From: Phoronis australis
Lineage: Eukaryota; Animalia; Phoronida
DNA: 64,000 nucleotides
Direction: 5' to 3'
Assembly (NCBI GenBank): GCA_002633005.1
Contig: NMRA01000127.1
Coordinates: forward strand, 318,438 to 382,437
Made by a program: the position numbers and the translations under genes. The notes under the pieces were generated by a model. It did no database searches, was not told the DNA's origin, and saw only the letters and a list, made by a program, of their open reading frames with translations. Each line of letters begins with the position of its first letter. The first letter of the stretch is position 1. Shown piece after piece: positions 37,501 through 50,242 of this stretch.

Positions 37501-39787
37501 CCCAAGAACACATACCTCAGCCGCAGCAGCCGGTGCAGTCACAGGTGAGCATGCGGATAAAAGGACGAAAGTTAGCTGACGAAAAGCTATTTCCCTGTCG
37601 TTAGGGCGAATGGTATCTCCATTTTGTCAACATTCTAGTTATTCCCTGTCATTTGTGATCATAACAATTGGCTACTATAACTCTGAATTTGACTTTGCTT
37701 TACCGTCATAAGGGGCAGAATTCAGAGGCCATTTAGTTTGATTGTTTGACATTTATTGAGGTAGCCACTTAAAGGGGAATCATGAAGTATCTCAAATTCC
37801 TTGTTTGGTTCCTTTACGAATGGCGCTTAGCTAACTTTGCATTGGCACTGTCATCTAGCAATGCTACTGAGGAGAGACCTGTTGCCTTTCCATCCCATTT
37901 GAATATTTCTTCTGGTACCCATTAATTTATTCATCGGTTGTCTTCTAAAACAGTGTAGCTGTATTTCTGACATTTGTTGTGCTCCACTGTTTTAAAATGT
38001 TTTTCCAACCTAACATTACAGCTAATACCATTATTGACTTGGTTAGCCGTCCTTCTTAGTTCTTTTCCTTTCAGTGTACGTGGGTCTTCCAAGCCTAAGT
38101 CACCAACGCTATAATTACATGGGCTTTATCTTATTGCAGAGTACTGCCCCCCAGTAAAAGAGCCTTCCAAGCCCGAGTCTCGGATCTTGGTATTATACAT
38201 AATTAATCTCATTACAGAATGCTCCCCCGATGCAAGATCCTCCAGAGCCCAATTCTCCTATGCCATAATCAAACATAGCTTGTCTCATGAGGGAGTGCCC
38301 CCCCACACACAAGAGCCTCCTTACCCTTGCTTTTCAATGCCTTCATAACACATAGTTTGTTTCATTACAGAGTGCTCCCCCAGTACAAGAACCTCCCAAG
38401 CCCAAAGCTCCAATACCAGCTGAGCACCAAGTGTTACAAGACATTCTCACTACGCTGGTGGAGAAATGTCAAGCTGTAGCTACAAATGCGGTAAGTGAAT
38501 TAAACCTACTAGCTGGTCTATGGAATGCTTCTCGAGTAGAGAGAAAAGTTCCAGTAAAGTTGATGATTTTATTATCATGTAAGACCCTAGGAAATGTCTA
38601 AATTGGGCCAACTTCCGAATGTCAAAATTGGAAAAGGGAATTCATACGAACTTTTCTCATCTTATGCTTTATGTACTGGTCTCCAAAATGTTAATAGGAA
38701 TTGTTTTTAAAATGCTATCAAAAAACAGAACTTTGAAATAAACTCAAAGTTGCATAAAACAAAAATAAAATTAGATGGAAAACTGGAACAGTGTGTTTGA
38801 AATTTCATCTTGAAATTTATATCAAATGAAACTTGCTCGTGTTATTGATACCGTCATTTTGCTATCAAATATCAAAAATCAAATTCTATTGGCTTTCTAC
38901 TTTCAGAAAATATATACATTTACTTAGTTAAAATCAACATTTTTGCAGATATTTGGCTATTGAGTACACATCACCTTAACTTTCATTTAATGCAATTGAA
39001 ATATCTCATATTGAATAGAATCTTATCACGATAATGGACTAACATGAAAATAACTCGAACTCCTGACTTTGGTGTGCCTGATGTCTTTTTGCTGTGAGAG
39101 CTTAAAATCAGGCCCGTCTTGATGGCCAGAATAATTATCAATTTATCAAATTGACTTTGACCTGTTGTTTCGGAAATTATTTCAGAAATTATTCAAATAG
39201 ATTGTACAGTCTTGACTTTTAATAGAAAGATGTACGGTTACTTCACTCTAATTGATGTTGTATTGCATTTAACACGTACCGAATGTTATCTTTTAGCAAA
39301 TGAAACGTAAACTGGATGATGTGACGAAACGTCTGGACAATTTATACGATAAACTACGCGCTAACCAGGTGAGTGGCTGCCATGTAGTGTCTAGGACTGA
39401 AGTCCCAGTGAGGGCAGCACTCTTGCTGCTGGTCTAGTCCGCTAGTGATTATTAGGTCATGTGATATGACTGTTGACTCAGATAGATAAATGCTTTACAT
39501 AGTAATAGAGTCGGGGGATTATTCATCATAATACTGTTATTATTATTATTATTGTTGTTGTTGTTATTGTTATTATTATCATTCTTTTATCATTGCAGCT
39601 ATCCCAGAATGTCACACTGGGTCTCCATCAGATCATACAAGCCATCCAGCAATACGACTACCAGTCAGTACTTTCCATCCACACACAGATGGTTAGTCAG
39701 GGGAACTTCTCCGAGATCAGCTCATTCATGCCTGGTATCAAGGTCCTCATACAGATGGCACATCAGCTGCAGGTCTACATTCAGTGA
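16550..39787 (+). CDS. SEC31A: Protein transport protein Sec31 (COPII outer coat; WD40 propeller, ACE1 solenoid, Pro/Gln-rich region, C-terminal helical domain)
   Basis: 25 exons with consistent phases: 16550-16662, 17660-17945, 18315-18410, 19228-19365, 19996-20138, 20739-20850, 21436-21591, 22176-22307, 22933-23160, 24083-24157, 24360-24446, 24656-24697, 25288-25396, 25815-25993, 26965-27091, 27885-28033, 28805-28975, 29365-29553, 30796-30967, 31516-31746, 34957-35045, 37398-37544, 38371-38490, 39297-39368, 39599-39787. Total 3552 nt, 1183 aa. Diagnostic peptides: [37 protein letters not shown]...[79 protein letters not shown]. The ATG exon has an acceptor at 16537, so a 5'UTR exon lies upstream. 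Confidence 0.97.
22497..22732. repeat. Minisatellite, 30-bp unit x about 8
   Basis: cagtcaaactgacctgactgtggacgtg(t/c)a tandem array. It produces the repetitive [13 protein letters not shown]. Confidence 0.92.
26033..26456. mobile_element. Non-autonomous DNA transposon (hAT-like CAGGG termini) with 6-bp TSD
   Basis: Perfect 13-bp TIRs CAGGGCTTGGAAT / ATTCCAAGCCCTG, flanked by GTAATT on both sides. Subterminal ttccgc repeats are present. Confidence 0.85.
29003..29125. repeat. Tandem repeat, about 57-bp unit x about 2
   Basis: gacgactga.tgttttt...tgtgactaacagtagaa.acttatctgtt is repeated. Confidence 0.75.
29663..30146 (-). mobile_element. 5'-truncated LINE 3' end (CR1/L2/Crack-like)
   Basis: The minus-strand frame [28 protein letters not shown] resembles the Cys-containing ORF2 C-terminus of invertebrate CR1-group LINEs. 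The 3'UTR has a stem GGTGGTCAGC/GCTGGCCACC, then AATAAA and a (TC)n tail. GAGCTG direct repeats flank it (29657-29662 and 30147-30152). Confidence 0.65.
32209..32280 (+). CDS. Candidate SEC31 cassette exon (72 nt, phase 1-1)
   Basis: Flanked by tattttcag| and |gttaca. Open in the SEC31 frame: [24 protein letters not shown]. The donor site is weak. Confidence 0.45.
   Translation: MLKILGRTLCIVAEAANIWTVNF
33066..33158 (+). CDS. Candidate SEC31 cassette exon (93 nt, phase 1-1)
   Basis: Flanked by ctttgtag| and |gtgttt. A GC-richer island, open in frame: [31 protein letters not shown]. Confidence 0.5.
33718..33756 (+). CDS. Candidate SEC31 39-nt microexon (phase 1-1)
   Basis: Branch-point-like GCTAAC, then a pyrimidine tract and ttatcag|, with donor |gtatct. 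Reads [13 protein letters not shown] in frame. GCATG motifs lie downstream at about 33773 and 33817. Confidence 0.55.
35108..35292. repeat. Minisatellite, about 39-bp unit x about 5
   Basis: tagggttggcaccacaggtccgtggtgctggtaatgtat tandem copies. Confidence 0.88.
35552..35800. mobile_element. MITE with AACTTAAG-rich interior
   Basis: Imperfect TIRs GGACCCGTTCCAAG.TA..AACTTA / CTAAGTCAAGTTTACTTGGAACAAGCCC, with many internal aacttaag palindromic units. Confidence 0.6.
35888..36710. mobile_element. PIF/Harbinger (Tourist-like) MITE
   Basis: TIRs of about 35 bp, GGGCTGTTCCAGTAAAATCCGTGTGGGAGGGGGG / CCCCCCTCCCATACAGATTTTGCTGGAACAGCCC, with a TTA target-site duplication on both sides. Confidence 0.85.
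38075..38420 (+). repeat. Decayed about 77-bp tandem duplication of a SEC31 intron/exon junction (4-5 units)
   Basis: Units such as cattacag|aatgctcccccgatgcaagatcctccagagccc and ttattgcag|agtactgccccccagtaaaagagccttccaagccc mirror the true junction cattacag|agtgctcccccagtacaagaacctcccaagccc at 38371. Confidence 0.8.
39535..39578. repeat. (TAT)n/(TGT)n microsatellite before the last SEC31 exon
   Basis: ttattattattattattgttgttgttgttattgttattatt. Confidence 0.85.
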
Positions 39788-42210
39788 GACGTAGATATGG
39801 ACACTGGTTCCAAGAATAAACACTGAAGTCAAAGTGCTTGGCATTAAAATGCATGGCAACTGTAACTCGGACTTGAGAGTCAGATTCCAGTAAAGTTTGC
39901 GTGAGAATGGACTTGAAAATTGGGAAGTCGCGTCATTAGAAATTCTAATGTTTAACTGAACCATGCCACGTGGTTGGCTTGAAATCCACTTTGAGGTTCA
40001 GAGGTTTACTGTGCTTTTCTAGTCAAAACATGTTCAAAGTGTTGGATACTCATTCCAGACTATAGAGGTAAACTGAGTTAAGTGTGTCGAGCATGACTTT
40101 CAGCCCATTTGCCTTGAGGTTTTTGTAACATTGTGTTCTGAAATGTGTCTTTAGCATGCAGTGACCATGGTGCTAGCGTTGGTCAGGTATGTTGATGCTG
40201 TGCTGAGAAAGTGGCTTCTAGATGTTGGACTGGATTTGCCTAATGTGATGTGTGTCTTCTCTCATTGCGTGTGTGATTCTGAAGGGAGTCTGTTCTTGTT
40301 TTTAGTCACTTATTTTTGACAACTGCTGAAAGTCGAGTGTATGTGTTAACCAGAGCAAGTTTTGTTGGTTTATTCTTGAGCAGAAATTTTACTTAAGAAG
40401 TAGTCTGGTACTGATAGGTGTTTGCGAGTACACGGTGTTATTGGCAATTATGGAAGACTGGCATATTTTGTCTTAGACTTTGCTGGGTTTTGACTTACCT
40501 ACATGACTTGTGATCAAAAATGGTGTATTGAGATGAGGGCAATTATCATTGATGTACTGTGTCGTCATGTCATTGTGTTTGCTTGCCAGGGTTCAAACTT
40601 TCAGGTGTTTGGTGTATTGAAAGTGCTAATGGCACATTGCGATGACAGTATTGAATTAGCATTTCCATGTTTACTCTCATTTCCAGGCTCTATGGGGCAA
40701 TTGGCCAATAGCAGTATTTCTCTAATTATAGGTAAATCCTGTAAACTATACTATTTTCCATATAGCACACATGGTAGTGTTCAGTACCGGATTTGTGAAT
40801 ACTGTTTCTAAGGATGTGTTGTATATTGTATTGTAAATAAAATGCTTTTAGATTACTTGAGGCACAGTGAGAGAGGTATCGTCTCCTCAGTTTTAAATTA
40901 ATTTTCTGCATGATGAAAAGCACACGTAATTGGATAACGAGTACTCTGTAGTTGGTACTTAAAGTAGGAATGTTTGCTGGTTACTGCTAGTGGTTTAAAA
41001 AGCTTTCGATCCAAACTACTGTGGATGGTTTCATGTCATGCTTGGATATTTTTGATTGATGCTCCTTTTCACTTTTTAAATTTACGATGCGATGAAGATG
41101 GTATTTTAATACTTAAAAGTATTCTGAAAAAGTGTGAATTTGGAAGTCTGTGGTTAACAATGTTTGGTACTATTTATCTCCGATAATATTTGTCACGTGA
41201 CGGGGAATTTGTGCGTCTTCATTTATAGCACCCGATTTTCTTCACTTGATGTCTTTACCATTGTCATTGGTCGACTGTACTTTTGCTGTTGTTCAAAAAC
41301 GTTGATCTGCTTACAACTTGCTCGTTGTTATTTACAGACTATTTTGTTTTTGATGGAAAACAGGATGCAAAGTTGTAATGCTAACTTTAATGAAGATTGA
41401 CCTTGTAATAAAATATTTTATTGAATATACTGGTTACACGTATACAAGACAGAAATGTTTTGTTTGTATTGCAAACTTCAGTTACACACCAGACAGTCGC
41501 ACAGTGTATTTTAGTACCACTTTACTTCATGACAATCCAGTGTGGTTACTTTTTGTTCAACCTGCAAAACTCATCTACTCAAAATGAAAAAACTTGGGGT
41601 CACATAGAGGTATTGTGTGAGAGCTAAAGTTGCTATAGGTAAACGCCTCGCTTGGTTGCTACAAAAACGAAAGAAGCACTTTAAAATACCTATTTGGTTA
41701 TACTTTATTCATAACTACGTTACCAAGGTCACGCAATGAGCCATGGATATCAAGGAACCAAGTTCCTGCCATAACCGGTTGTGCAGTGTACAGGCTATTT
41801 AATAGGCCCTGAACTTGATTGTCTCAAGTCGCAGGATCACAATGTACACTGCAGAAGTTGACGGTGATTTTTGCAAGAGTAGTCATTTCTGTGACTGAAA
41901 TTAACATCAACGTAGTATCTTTTATGGTATATTTACATTTTAGAATGGTTCAAATTACAACAAAACCAAGTGCAACAATATATCAAGGTAAGATAGTGCC
42001 AAGTTTTAGAAATGCTTATATCAATTGAAAATGCAAATAAAGGTCCTCGCATCAAATGAAAATACTCTGAAATGGCCGAATACAATTTACTAACCACTGC
42101 TAGCCAAATATTTCAAATCAATTTTTTAACAAACCACAGACAAAGTTCACGTCAATAATTCTGGATTACTATACTTGTTTGCACAGGTTAAATCAAATTT
42201 TACACATCAA

Positions 42211-42310
42211 GGCCCAGTTGCATAAAAGTTATACCTTGTCAAGCAACAATGACGTCACAATAATCAAACTTGTTCAGAGGACAATTTTGAAGTTTTATGC
42301 AACACAGGCC
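42211..42310. mobile_element. Short MITE (about 100 bp)
   Basis: TIRs GGCCCAGTTGCATAAAA / TTTTATGCAACACAGGCC. Confidence 0.55.
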
Positions 42311-42344
42311 AGTATCATATAAACTACCAACTTATCAATAACAT

Positions 42345-42590
42345 TATAGTGACTACAGACCAGTGTAACATCCAAGAAACAAACTTCTGACTTACACCAC
42401 ATACCGCTTTGAAATTGGTCTCAACTTGTTCCTTACTCTGGTGAGGAGTTCTGGGTTTGCAAAGAAATGAATGTTTGCTCTTCTTCAAGACTACGCTCGG
42501 CGCATAAAATGACACGCCGTGACAAGCCAACTTCTAAAACCGATTCCCAAGCAACAATGAACTTTCATTTCTTCTGAAGTCCTGAAATCA
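42345..42590. repeat. Interspersed repeat family copy (relative at about 52900-53150; fragments near 2480, 4780 and 49200)
   Basis: Shared blocks aaattggtctcaac.t.ttcctt.ctct...gag and acaagccaactt...gatt.ccaag.aa. Confidence 0.55.
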
Positions 42591-44200
42591 CCTCCAATTT
42601 AACCAAGGAAGAATTTGAAACCAATTTCCTATTATGGCAAATAGTCTAAATTGAAGATGGAACTTGTGATGGTAGACTGGTTTAAAGTCGCTCTTGTAAA
42701 TAAATCTGAATACATAATACCGGTAAATGTTTTCGTATGACTGAGACATGCACTTCAACATCACACAGTCAATCAACTGAAAATGTTTAACATACAAAAA
42801 TATATTATCATTACCATTAGTTTCAACTGCGAAACAATAAACAGGTTCAAAAATCTCCACGACATCCTGGGGATTTTATGATTTCTCACCATTGAAACTG
42901 CATTCAATAGTAGGTGTTCACGAAGAAGTAAAAAATTAGAATCACAAAGAAACAAAGCTCTTCCCCATAAAAGTTTAGTTCATAATATAAGGATCCCACT
43001 CAACTTGAATGCTTGAATTTGAACAGTCAAAATGATTGTTTCACTTGCAAGACCTAATTCATTAAGAGTTCCTCATTGTAATAATGTTCTTAAGCTCATG
43101 TTGGCTTCTGTAAAATCAAATGTGTGCACGTATAGGATAAATAGGTAGCAACTTGTAGGGAACACGCATAGAGCATGTATGATTGATCTTTTGGTTGGAT
43201 AGTCTGCGAAGACATCTGCATGGCAACGACATCAAAACAAGAGATATGCAATAAAAATGGGCAATAGTCTGATGTAATGTGCCAGTATTTTGAGAATCAG
43301 TTTGATGCCCGTTATTCAGTGGAGAAAACTGGTTCTCGAAATTGGGGCACGTTATTTCAGACTATTACCATTAAACTGATCGTAATAAAGACGTACAGGT
43401 GTTTAAACTCTAGCGAACTTGTGAATAATTAAACATCCATGGCAGTTCGACCACGACCACAACACTGAGTGGTTGAAAACGCTCACTTGAGCTACGCAAT
43501 TGTAAGAATGTAAACGGATGAGTCATTACTCATTTGAAACATAAATGCCATTTGGGTATTTTAGAGAGCCAGTGATGTCACAGAAATTTTGTAAGATACA
43601 TCTGTAAACATACAAGCCCTTAAAATAACTGAGTCATTTTGAATGACTAGTTTGTGTCCTTACAGCTAATCATACTGAATTACTTCAGTGAAATTAAATT
43701 TGTCTTTTGTGTCAGTGAACATTGATGCTTAAATTGGCAATCACATTTTTAAGTTGCAGATTTAGTCCTTGTTCGACAAAACACGCTTTCAACTTGGTCT
43801 TTAATCCTGTAATAAAAACCGATGCGTACGTCTCCTAGAGCATAGATTTGCAGGGTTCGAGCCATGTAAGCGATCATCTGCTCGGTAACCCGACGACTGA
43901 CATTAGATAGACGCTTTATCATATACTTGTATCTGTGACACAATGGAACTTCTTTATGCTTGAAACGCTACTTTTAAGTGATGTCTAGAGGTCGTATAAC
44001 CACATGCACTGGTTGACCAGCTTTGGATAACCGGTATCCCACAACTTGTTTGATGTTACTCGTAAAAATGTCAATAAATTACTTTTGGAAACAAAACACT
44101 GCACAGGATAACGTCAGTCCAACTTTAACAAGATGAGATGTAGTCCATTTCTAGTGTCCCCATTCACCAAGCATCAGTATGTGTACAGATTCCTTCCACA

Positions 44201-47200
44201 TTACCCAGCTTTGATGGTTGTCGCGGCGGGTGTCGTCGCGACACTGGGAGAGTCTCCGCTTCCACCGAGGACTCCCGTGGAGTACAGGATAATGATGACG
44301 AGGACGACAATAACGATCAGAACAACGAAGCCGATGATAAGTTTCATCTTCATATTCTGCCACCAGTACTTACGTCGCACGCGTCGTGCCGTCTTCTGAA
44401 ATGTCTTTGACTGAAACAATGGAAGATTTTCAAATTTATGAGACGAAAGGTTATCAAATCGCAAATCCATAGTATAACAAGTGAGACCATAACCCCAAAA
44501 ATAATTACCAGGAGCATCGACAAATATACCACGAGTGGGAGAATATCCAATAAAATTGTAAACAGACAACACGCTTGTTGGTTCAACCTCTTTTCTGTAG
44601 AAGTAATGACAGGAGGCATGTGAAAATATTCTGAGCACACGAATGCTATTTCCAAATGACTCAATTTCTGGTGAGCTAGTTGGGCTGAGTTGAAAAACAA
44701 AAACCTGGAGGAGAATTTTCGATCATCCGAGGGAAATTTTTGGGCCTGGTGAGGGAAACTACGCATGATTTTAAATGTTTTTCACATGGAAATGAAGCCA
44801 ATATTCTGTTCCAAATTTGAGACACAGAGGGTCCCGATACCTCACAGCAATGGTAACTTGACAGTATGATGACTGCAAAAACAATGATGTGAAATCCCAG
44901 TCTTAAATCTCCAACCAAACCGCAGGAGTGAACTGAAGGTGGAGCTGAACAGCGTAAAACAAGAACTCTAGCACCATCTAGTGATAAAGCGTATGTCATT
45001 GTACAGCCTCTATATCGCAAATTGCTATTCAACAGACACAGAAAACAATACACAATCTCTTGACATCAAAATGTCGAGACCATCAAACTTTACTGGAGAC
45101 TACAATTGAATATTGACCAATCAGATGGTGCAAATTCTTAAAGTTAAGTCGAAACATCCATTTGAGTACCTGGAAGTGTTTGCACATGTGGCTCTTGTGG
45201 TTGGTGGACTCGCCAATGCTACGTACATTCCAACCATTGAAATTCATTGCTTTTTCCATTCAATGGAAACCCAACACGTCTGATGGGCCACAACACACAT
45301 GCCATGGAACGAATCCCTTCCAATGGGAGCGTAACAGTTTTAAGTATTAAAATACTCTCCACAAAACATACCACACACCAACAGAACTATCACAACGGAC
45401 AGAAAACTTTTGACACACACACACACATGCGCAGTTTCTAGTGGGTACCTATGAGTGGCTGCAGTTCAACTTCTGTGGTGAGATTTCATTGAATTAATTT
45501 AATTCTAGCAATGCGTGGAGTTTTGTGGAGAGCGGTAAGGATTCTGTATTTCTGATCCCATGTTTAAGGGTTCATTATTGCCCTTATATTCCAGGGGAAC
45601 AGACCCTATTTACAACTACAGAGCATGGAAACATGGCGTCTCTCTAACATGCACTCGAAACATCCATTTGAGTACCTGAAAGTGTGTACACTTAAGTCTC
45701 TCGTGGTGGGCACACTCGCCAGTGCCACATACATTCCAAATGGATGTTTGGAGTTAACTTTAAAAATTTGCACCATAGAAACCTTCTTTTCTAGTTGAAA
45801 GTTATCAACATTCCAAAGAAAACAATTCTGATTAATTTTCAAATCAATTAAGTTCATTTTTTTCTGGTTTCCAACTGACCTCAAGCCAAGAATAACTTAT
45901 TAAATATTCTGGAATCATGAGGAATATAAATCCTGTCGTAAGCCTCAGAAAAGCAAAGGAAAAAACTTTTGCTGGAATTTGAAGAAATTTTATCATATCT
46001 ATAATTTTGGAAGCGCAGGTAAAAATTGATAGCGCATCTGTGTCACTCACACTTTCTTCCAACTCTGTCGTCTTGTCCACCAAGTCGTCCAGTTTCTCAC
46101 CACGTTCCAGAACTTTTTCAATATTCTGAGTCATCACGCCTTTTACTTCGTCGACCTGCGCGCGAAGCTGAGACACACCGTCGTTGGGCTGCGACGTGGA
46201 AAATTTCTCCTGAAAGTGCATGAGGTACAAACAAACCTATATAAATCCGCCAACAAAAATTAAAATGTAATTTCCAAGAGAATAAAATCTTAACATACAA
46301 AATGAATTTTAAATTCGAGTCCTAATTTTAAAAAAGAATTTAAAATGCACTTTACCATTTTCAATCAAGAATGTATTGGATGCCCAAGTCAATATTCGCA
46401 TAAATGTAGAATACAGGAAGTACAACTAATTTTGATGTCAGTGTAAACTGAAACTCTGAAACCAAATACTCACTTTTTCAATTAACTACGTATTTCCAAT
46501 AATACAAGCCAATACGAAGTTAGAGAACCCACAGGCAGTTTTAATTTAGTAACCAAGATCGCTTTGACTCAGTTTAATTGAAATGGGTTCATAATATGAC
46601 GTGAGTGTGGCTTTACGTGTAAACAACAAAGTTATCAAAATTTATGTGAATGTATATGAATTATGGGTCATATCAGATTAGTTTGGTGCTCAGTAACTTC
46701 ATGTGGCAGTGAATTTAGTACGCATTTCTAGAGGAATAATACATTTATAATTTGAAACCTTTTTAAGAAAAAACAATGACATTAGTGTGTAGCCAACAGA
46801 AATAGTTGATGTAGCATGGGCTTGAACTCTTATTAACTGAATGATTACGAACAAACAGTACCATTTGCAAGGCGAGAACACGCCCAAAATCTCCTTGTAG
46901 ATCCATTGGACCAACAAAATGTGCACGACTGGCATGGCCACCATTCTGAAACTGGCGCTGGATCTGAGGAAGGTAAAACAACATGTGATACATAACTTTT
47001 CACATGTAAGCAATGAGCTTCTGTTTAAAGTCGATATAAGCTCACGAACATCTAATTTAGACTACTCGTCACGAAAAATGGTGCCCCCCCGTTTCATTCT
47101 CAAATGAGAAGTCGTTGCTGGCTTGGCAATAGCTGGCAGTTTGTAATCGCTCGAGAACATTCAAGACAAGATGGATGTTTGAACCTGGTCTCAACAATTA

Positions 47201-48843
47201 AACTGTGGAACCATTCCAAGTACAGATATATCTTCTAATTCGATCAAGAAACAAGTTGAGAATAGATTCACCCCTGAAAGCGGCTAAATGGAAAGTTTCC
47301 TGATGATAAGGCAGGATTATAACAACCTCACGCTGTTTTTATGCATACAACTGTCAAAGACTTTTAAATTTTATAATTCTTTGCTTAGTGTTTTCGCACC
47401 TATTTCTACAATAGAGTTCCATAATCGACCAGCCGGAGAGTTCTCCGACAGTCAACAGGTGATTGTTAAGCACTGAAGGAAACACTCATGATTGTTTCAG
47501 GAATTTTTTTTTTCATGTACTTATTTAAGAACAAGCAATTCATACTAAAATGTTAATATATCAGAATAGATCACTTGTCCTAATGTCATGCATATTCATG
47601 TTAAACAGGACAAAGATAAATGACAATAGTCGAGCACATTCATTGGTAAAATTGCCAGTCGCAGTGCCCAACTTGACTTTGTATCATGCTTTATGTTAAA
47701 GTCTGCAGCTCAACAGGGGATGACAAATAAACAAATGAACATTTGTCTTGAATCGTCTTGACAGTATTATTGTGTTAACAGGAAGTTTAATTAGACCCAC
47801 GTACCACTAAATTAGGCAACAATCACGAAAAAACATAACTCACCACCTTACGAAACCAAAACCAAAGGTTCTACCCACCCAAAATCTGAACCAAAACTAC
47901 GGTTTTCAAAGACAGCGCTGCGTGGGGGTTTAAAGGTTGACTGTCTGTGAGTGACGAAATTGAAGATGAATACAGCACACAAGCTTTCATGTGGCTTAAC
48001 TAAAGTTTACATCAAAGAACAAATATAGTAAAATAAAGGTTGAAATTAATACAATACCTCTGACAGGTAGGCATACGGCTGTCTCTGTCCAAAGTCAGAA
48101 CTAGCTACGCACATATAGATTATGCCGTTGTTAACCAAAACATGGAACACAAAACTAAAACGAAAAATCAAAACAACACTACATTACCAACATAAGACAC
48201 GTAGTCACAAAAATGAATGGCAACGTCAAACTAAAACTAAAATCTAATGCATATCACGGCTTGGCACGCTCATAAATATGAGTACAAAATGTGACAAGCA
48301 CTGACAAAAACAGCAAGGCAAATGACCAATGGTCATATTAGCGCGGAGTTGCAAAAACTTTGCTGAACTATAACTGTGAAGCTGATGGGAACACTATTGC
48401 TTAACTTCACGGTTAACCACGGTTAACATCAAAGGTTCAATAGTAACAAAGTTAACTGTACGGGGAAGGGCCTAAAGACAACTAATCAAACAGCGAAATC
48501 TTAATGAGCCTTTCATAATTAGGCATGGTAAAACGAAAGCTAAAATTACCGAGATACAAGAAATAAAGATGAAAAAACAGATTCAGGTAAGGAAAGTTAA
48601 GAAGAATAACCACTGCAAAGATTAAAAAATTCTCACTGATCGACAGTATCTTTCAGCTTTTATCAGACCTGTTAAATAATAAGTGACTTACTTGTTATTT
48701 CCCGTATAAGTCGTCTTGGTATCCCTGTCTGTTGGTATGTTTCTCAACATCTGTTCAGCCACACGTTCAAAGTCACCATTACCAATCTGGTGAGAGCACA
48801 AGATGGTAAACCCACGGGCGATGAGACTATATGCAATCGCCAT
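44201..48843 (-). CDS. VAMP7: VAMP7-like longin R-SNARE (longin domain, synaptobrevin coiled coil, C-terminal TM helix), 239 aa
   Basis: Exons on the minus strand: 48843-48692, 48154-48058, 46963-46862, 46209-46051, 44410-44201 (720 nt, phases consistent). Translation: MAIAYSLIARGFTILCSH...KTTYTGNNNFVFHVLVNNGIIYMCVASSDFGQRQPYAYLSEIQRQF...SQLRAQVDEVKGVMTQNIEKVLERGEKLDDLVDKTTELEESSKTFQKTARRVRRKYWWQNMKMKLIIGFVVLIVIVVLVIIILY. It may be a paralogue rather than the 1:1 orthologue. Confidence 0.92.
45149..45740. repeat. Dispersed direct repeat, about 85 bp x2 (45149-45233 and 45655-45740)
   Basis: tcgaaacatccatttgagtacctg.aagtgt...actcgcca.tgc.ac.tacattccaa occurs twice in a VAMP7 intron. Confidence 0.75.
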
Positions 48844-50242
48844 TGTGAATTTCCTGAAAAGAAGGAAGTTATTTCTTGTGATACTACACAGCTCAAAAGT
48901 TGGGAAATACTATACTTCTCTGACACTGTCCTGGGTGCTTAAATTGGGAACTCAGAAATGTGGGGCTGGGATGCTGGAAATTACTTCAATACGGTAAATG
49001 AAACAGTTTTGAATGCTCTTTATAATACAAAAAACAATTTTTGATTTAGACCACTTACCGTAATGAAATTGTTCTTGTATTATTGCTAAGGGCTTCAAAA
49101 AAATTGACACTTTGTTTTAGCCAGAGACCAGGGTTCACATGCTGGTGCCGAGCATGGTCTCAAGGAATAATGAATTGTCAGTTAGTTCTTTGCGAACCAA
49201 GTTGAGACTAATTTCAAAGCAGACAGTGGTCTAAACTATTAGTTCACTTCTTGAACGGCACCCTGTTGTACATCCATTTTAAATAAAACAGGCAAATCGT
49301 AGAGAATATAAAAAGGAGCTTTGTGTCTAGTGTGGAATGACTGCGAACAGTTTATTAAGCTGCGTAATTTTTAATAAATGTATTGTACACGCAATGAGCT
49401 GATCATTAGCTGCTTCCACGAATTACTTCACTTCTTTTGCACATGAGTACGGTAAAATCTGAACAAATTAGGGCAAAAATAATTGCCAAAAATGCCTTCT
49501 TCATTCTTCAAGGACTTCTAACCTTGTAGCGAATATCCTCAATTTTTCAAAACTTTGTTTGATGGTAGTTTTGGTACAAAACCTAAACATGGAAAATCCT
49601 TAAATTTGGTACAACGTATCTTTCTTAGCAAAAATGATGAAAAAAATTTAACCTGTCGGCCATATTGTGCCCTAAATTGGTGAGATATTACTGAATTAAC
49701 AATGACATTAAAAAGCGCATAACGCTAAAAATATTTCATATCTCCTTCAATTAACAGTTCAGTCGAGAGCACAAATTTTCTAACTGAAATAAGGCAATGC
49801 TCAGCTGAAACTGACAAACTCTTACCCAAAGATAACCAAGCTGTATACTTTTTAGGTGTCAAAATTATGAACTCAGATGAATATTTACAAGGGTAAGAAG
49901 GCACTTTTAAGGACGCCTATTCTTGGTCATGTAGACCATTTGACACGCCTCCAATCTATGAGTTCGAGGACTCTCCTTCTCGGAGTATTGCTTTCATGGG
50001 CTTGTGATGTTGCGTTATTGCAAGACACTACGGCAAGTTTCAAGCTTGTTTCTGCAGTCCCAAACTTGATAGGGAAATTGAAACACTAAACTAAACATTC
50101 AATGATGACTCTGCGTAATAGGTACACTCTAGTTACCAGCTGGCAGATTGTAACTCAAAACCTAAAAGTTGACTTTACACCACTAGTCACAGTGTTTTAT
50201 AAACACCTTTCATCTGGTGAGAGAATACTGGAGATAAGCACC

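Noticed and set aside
39372-39482. Possible SINE remnant (cccagtgagggcagcact...gatatgactg)
   Set aside because: Too short and degenerate to support without a repeat library.
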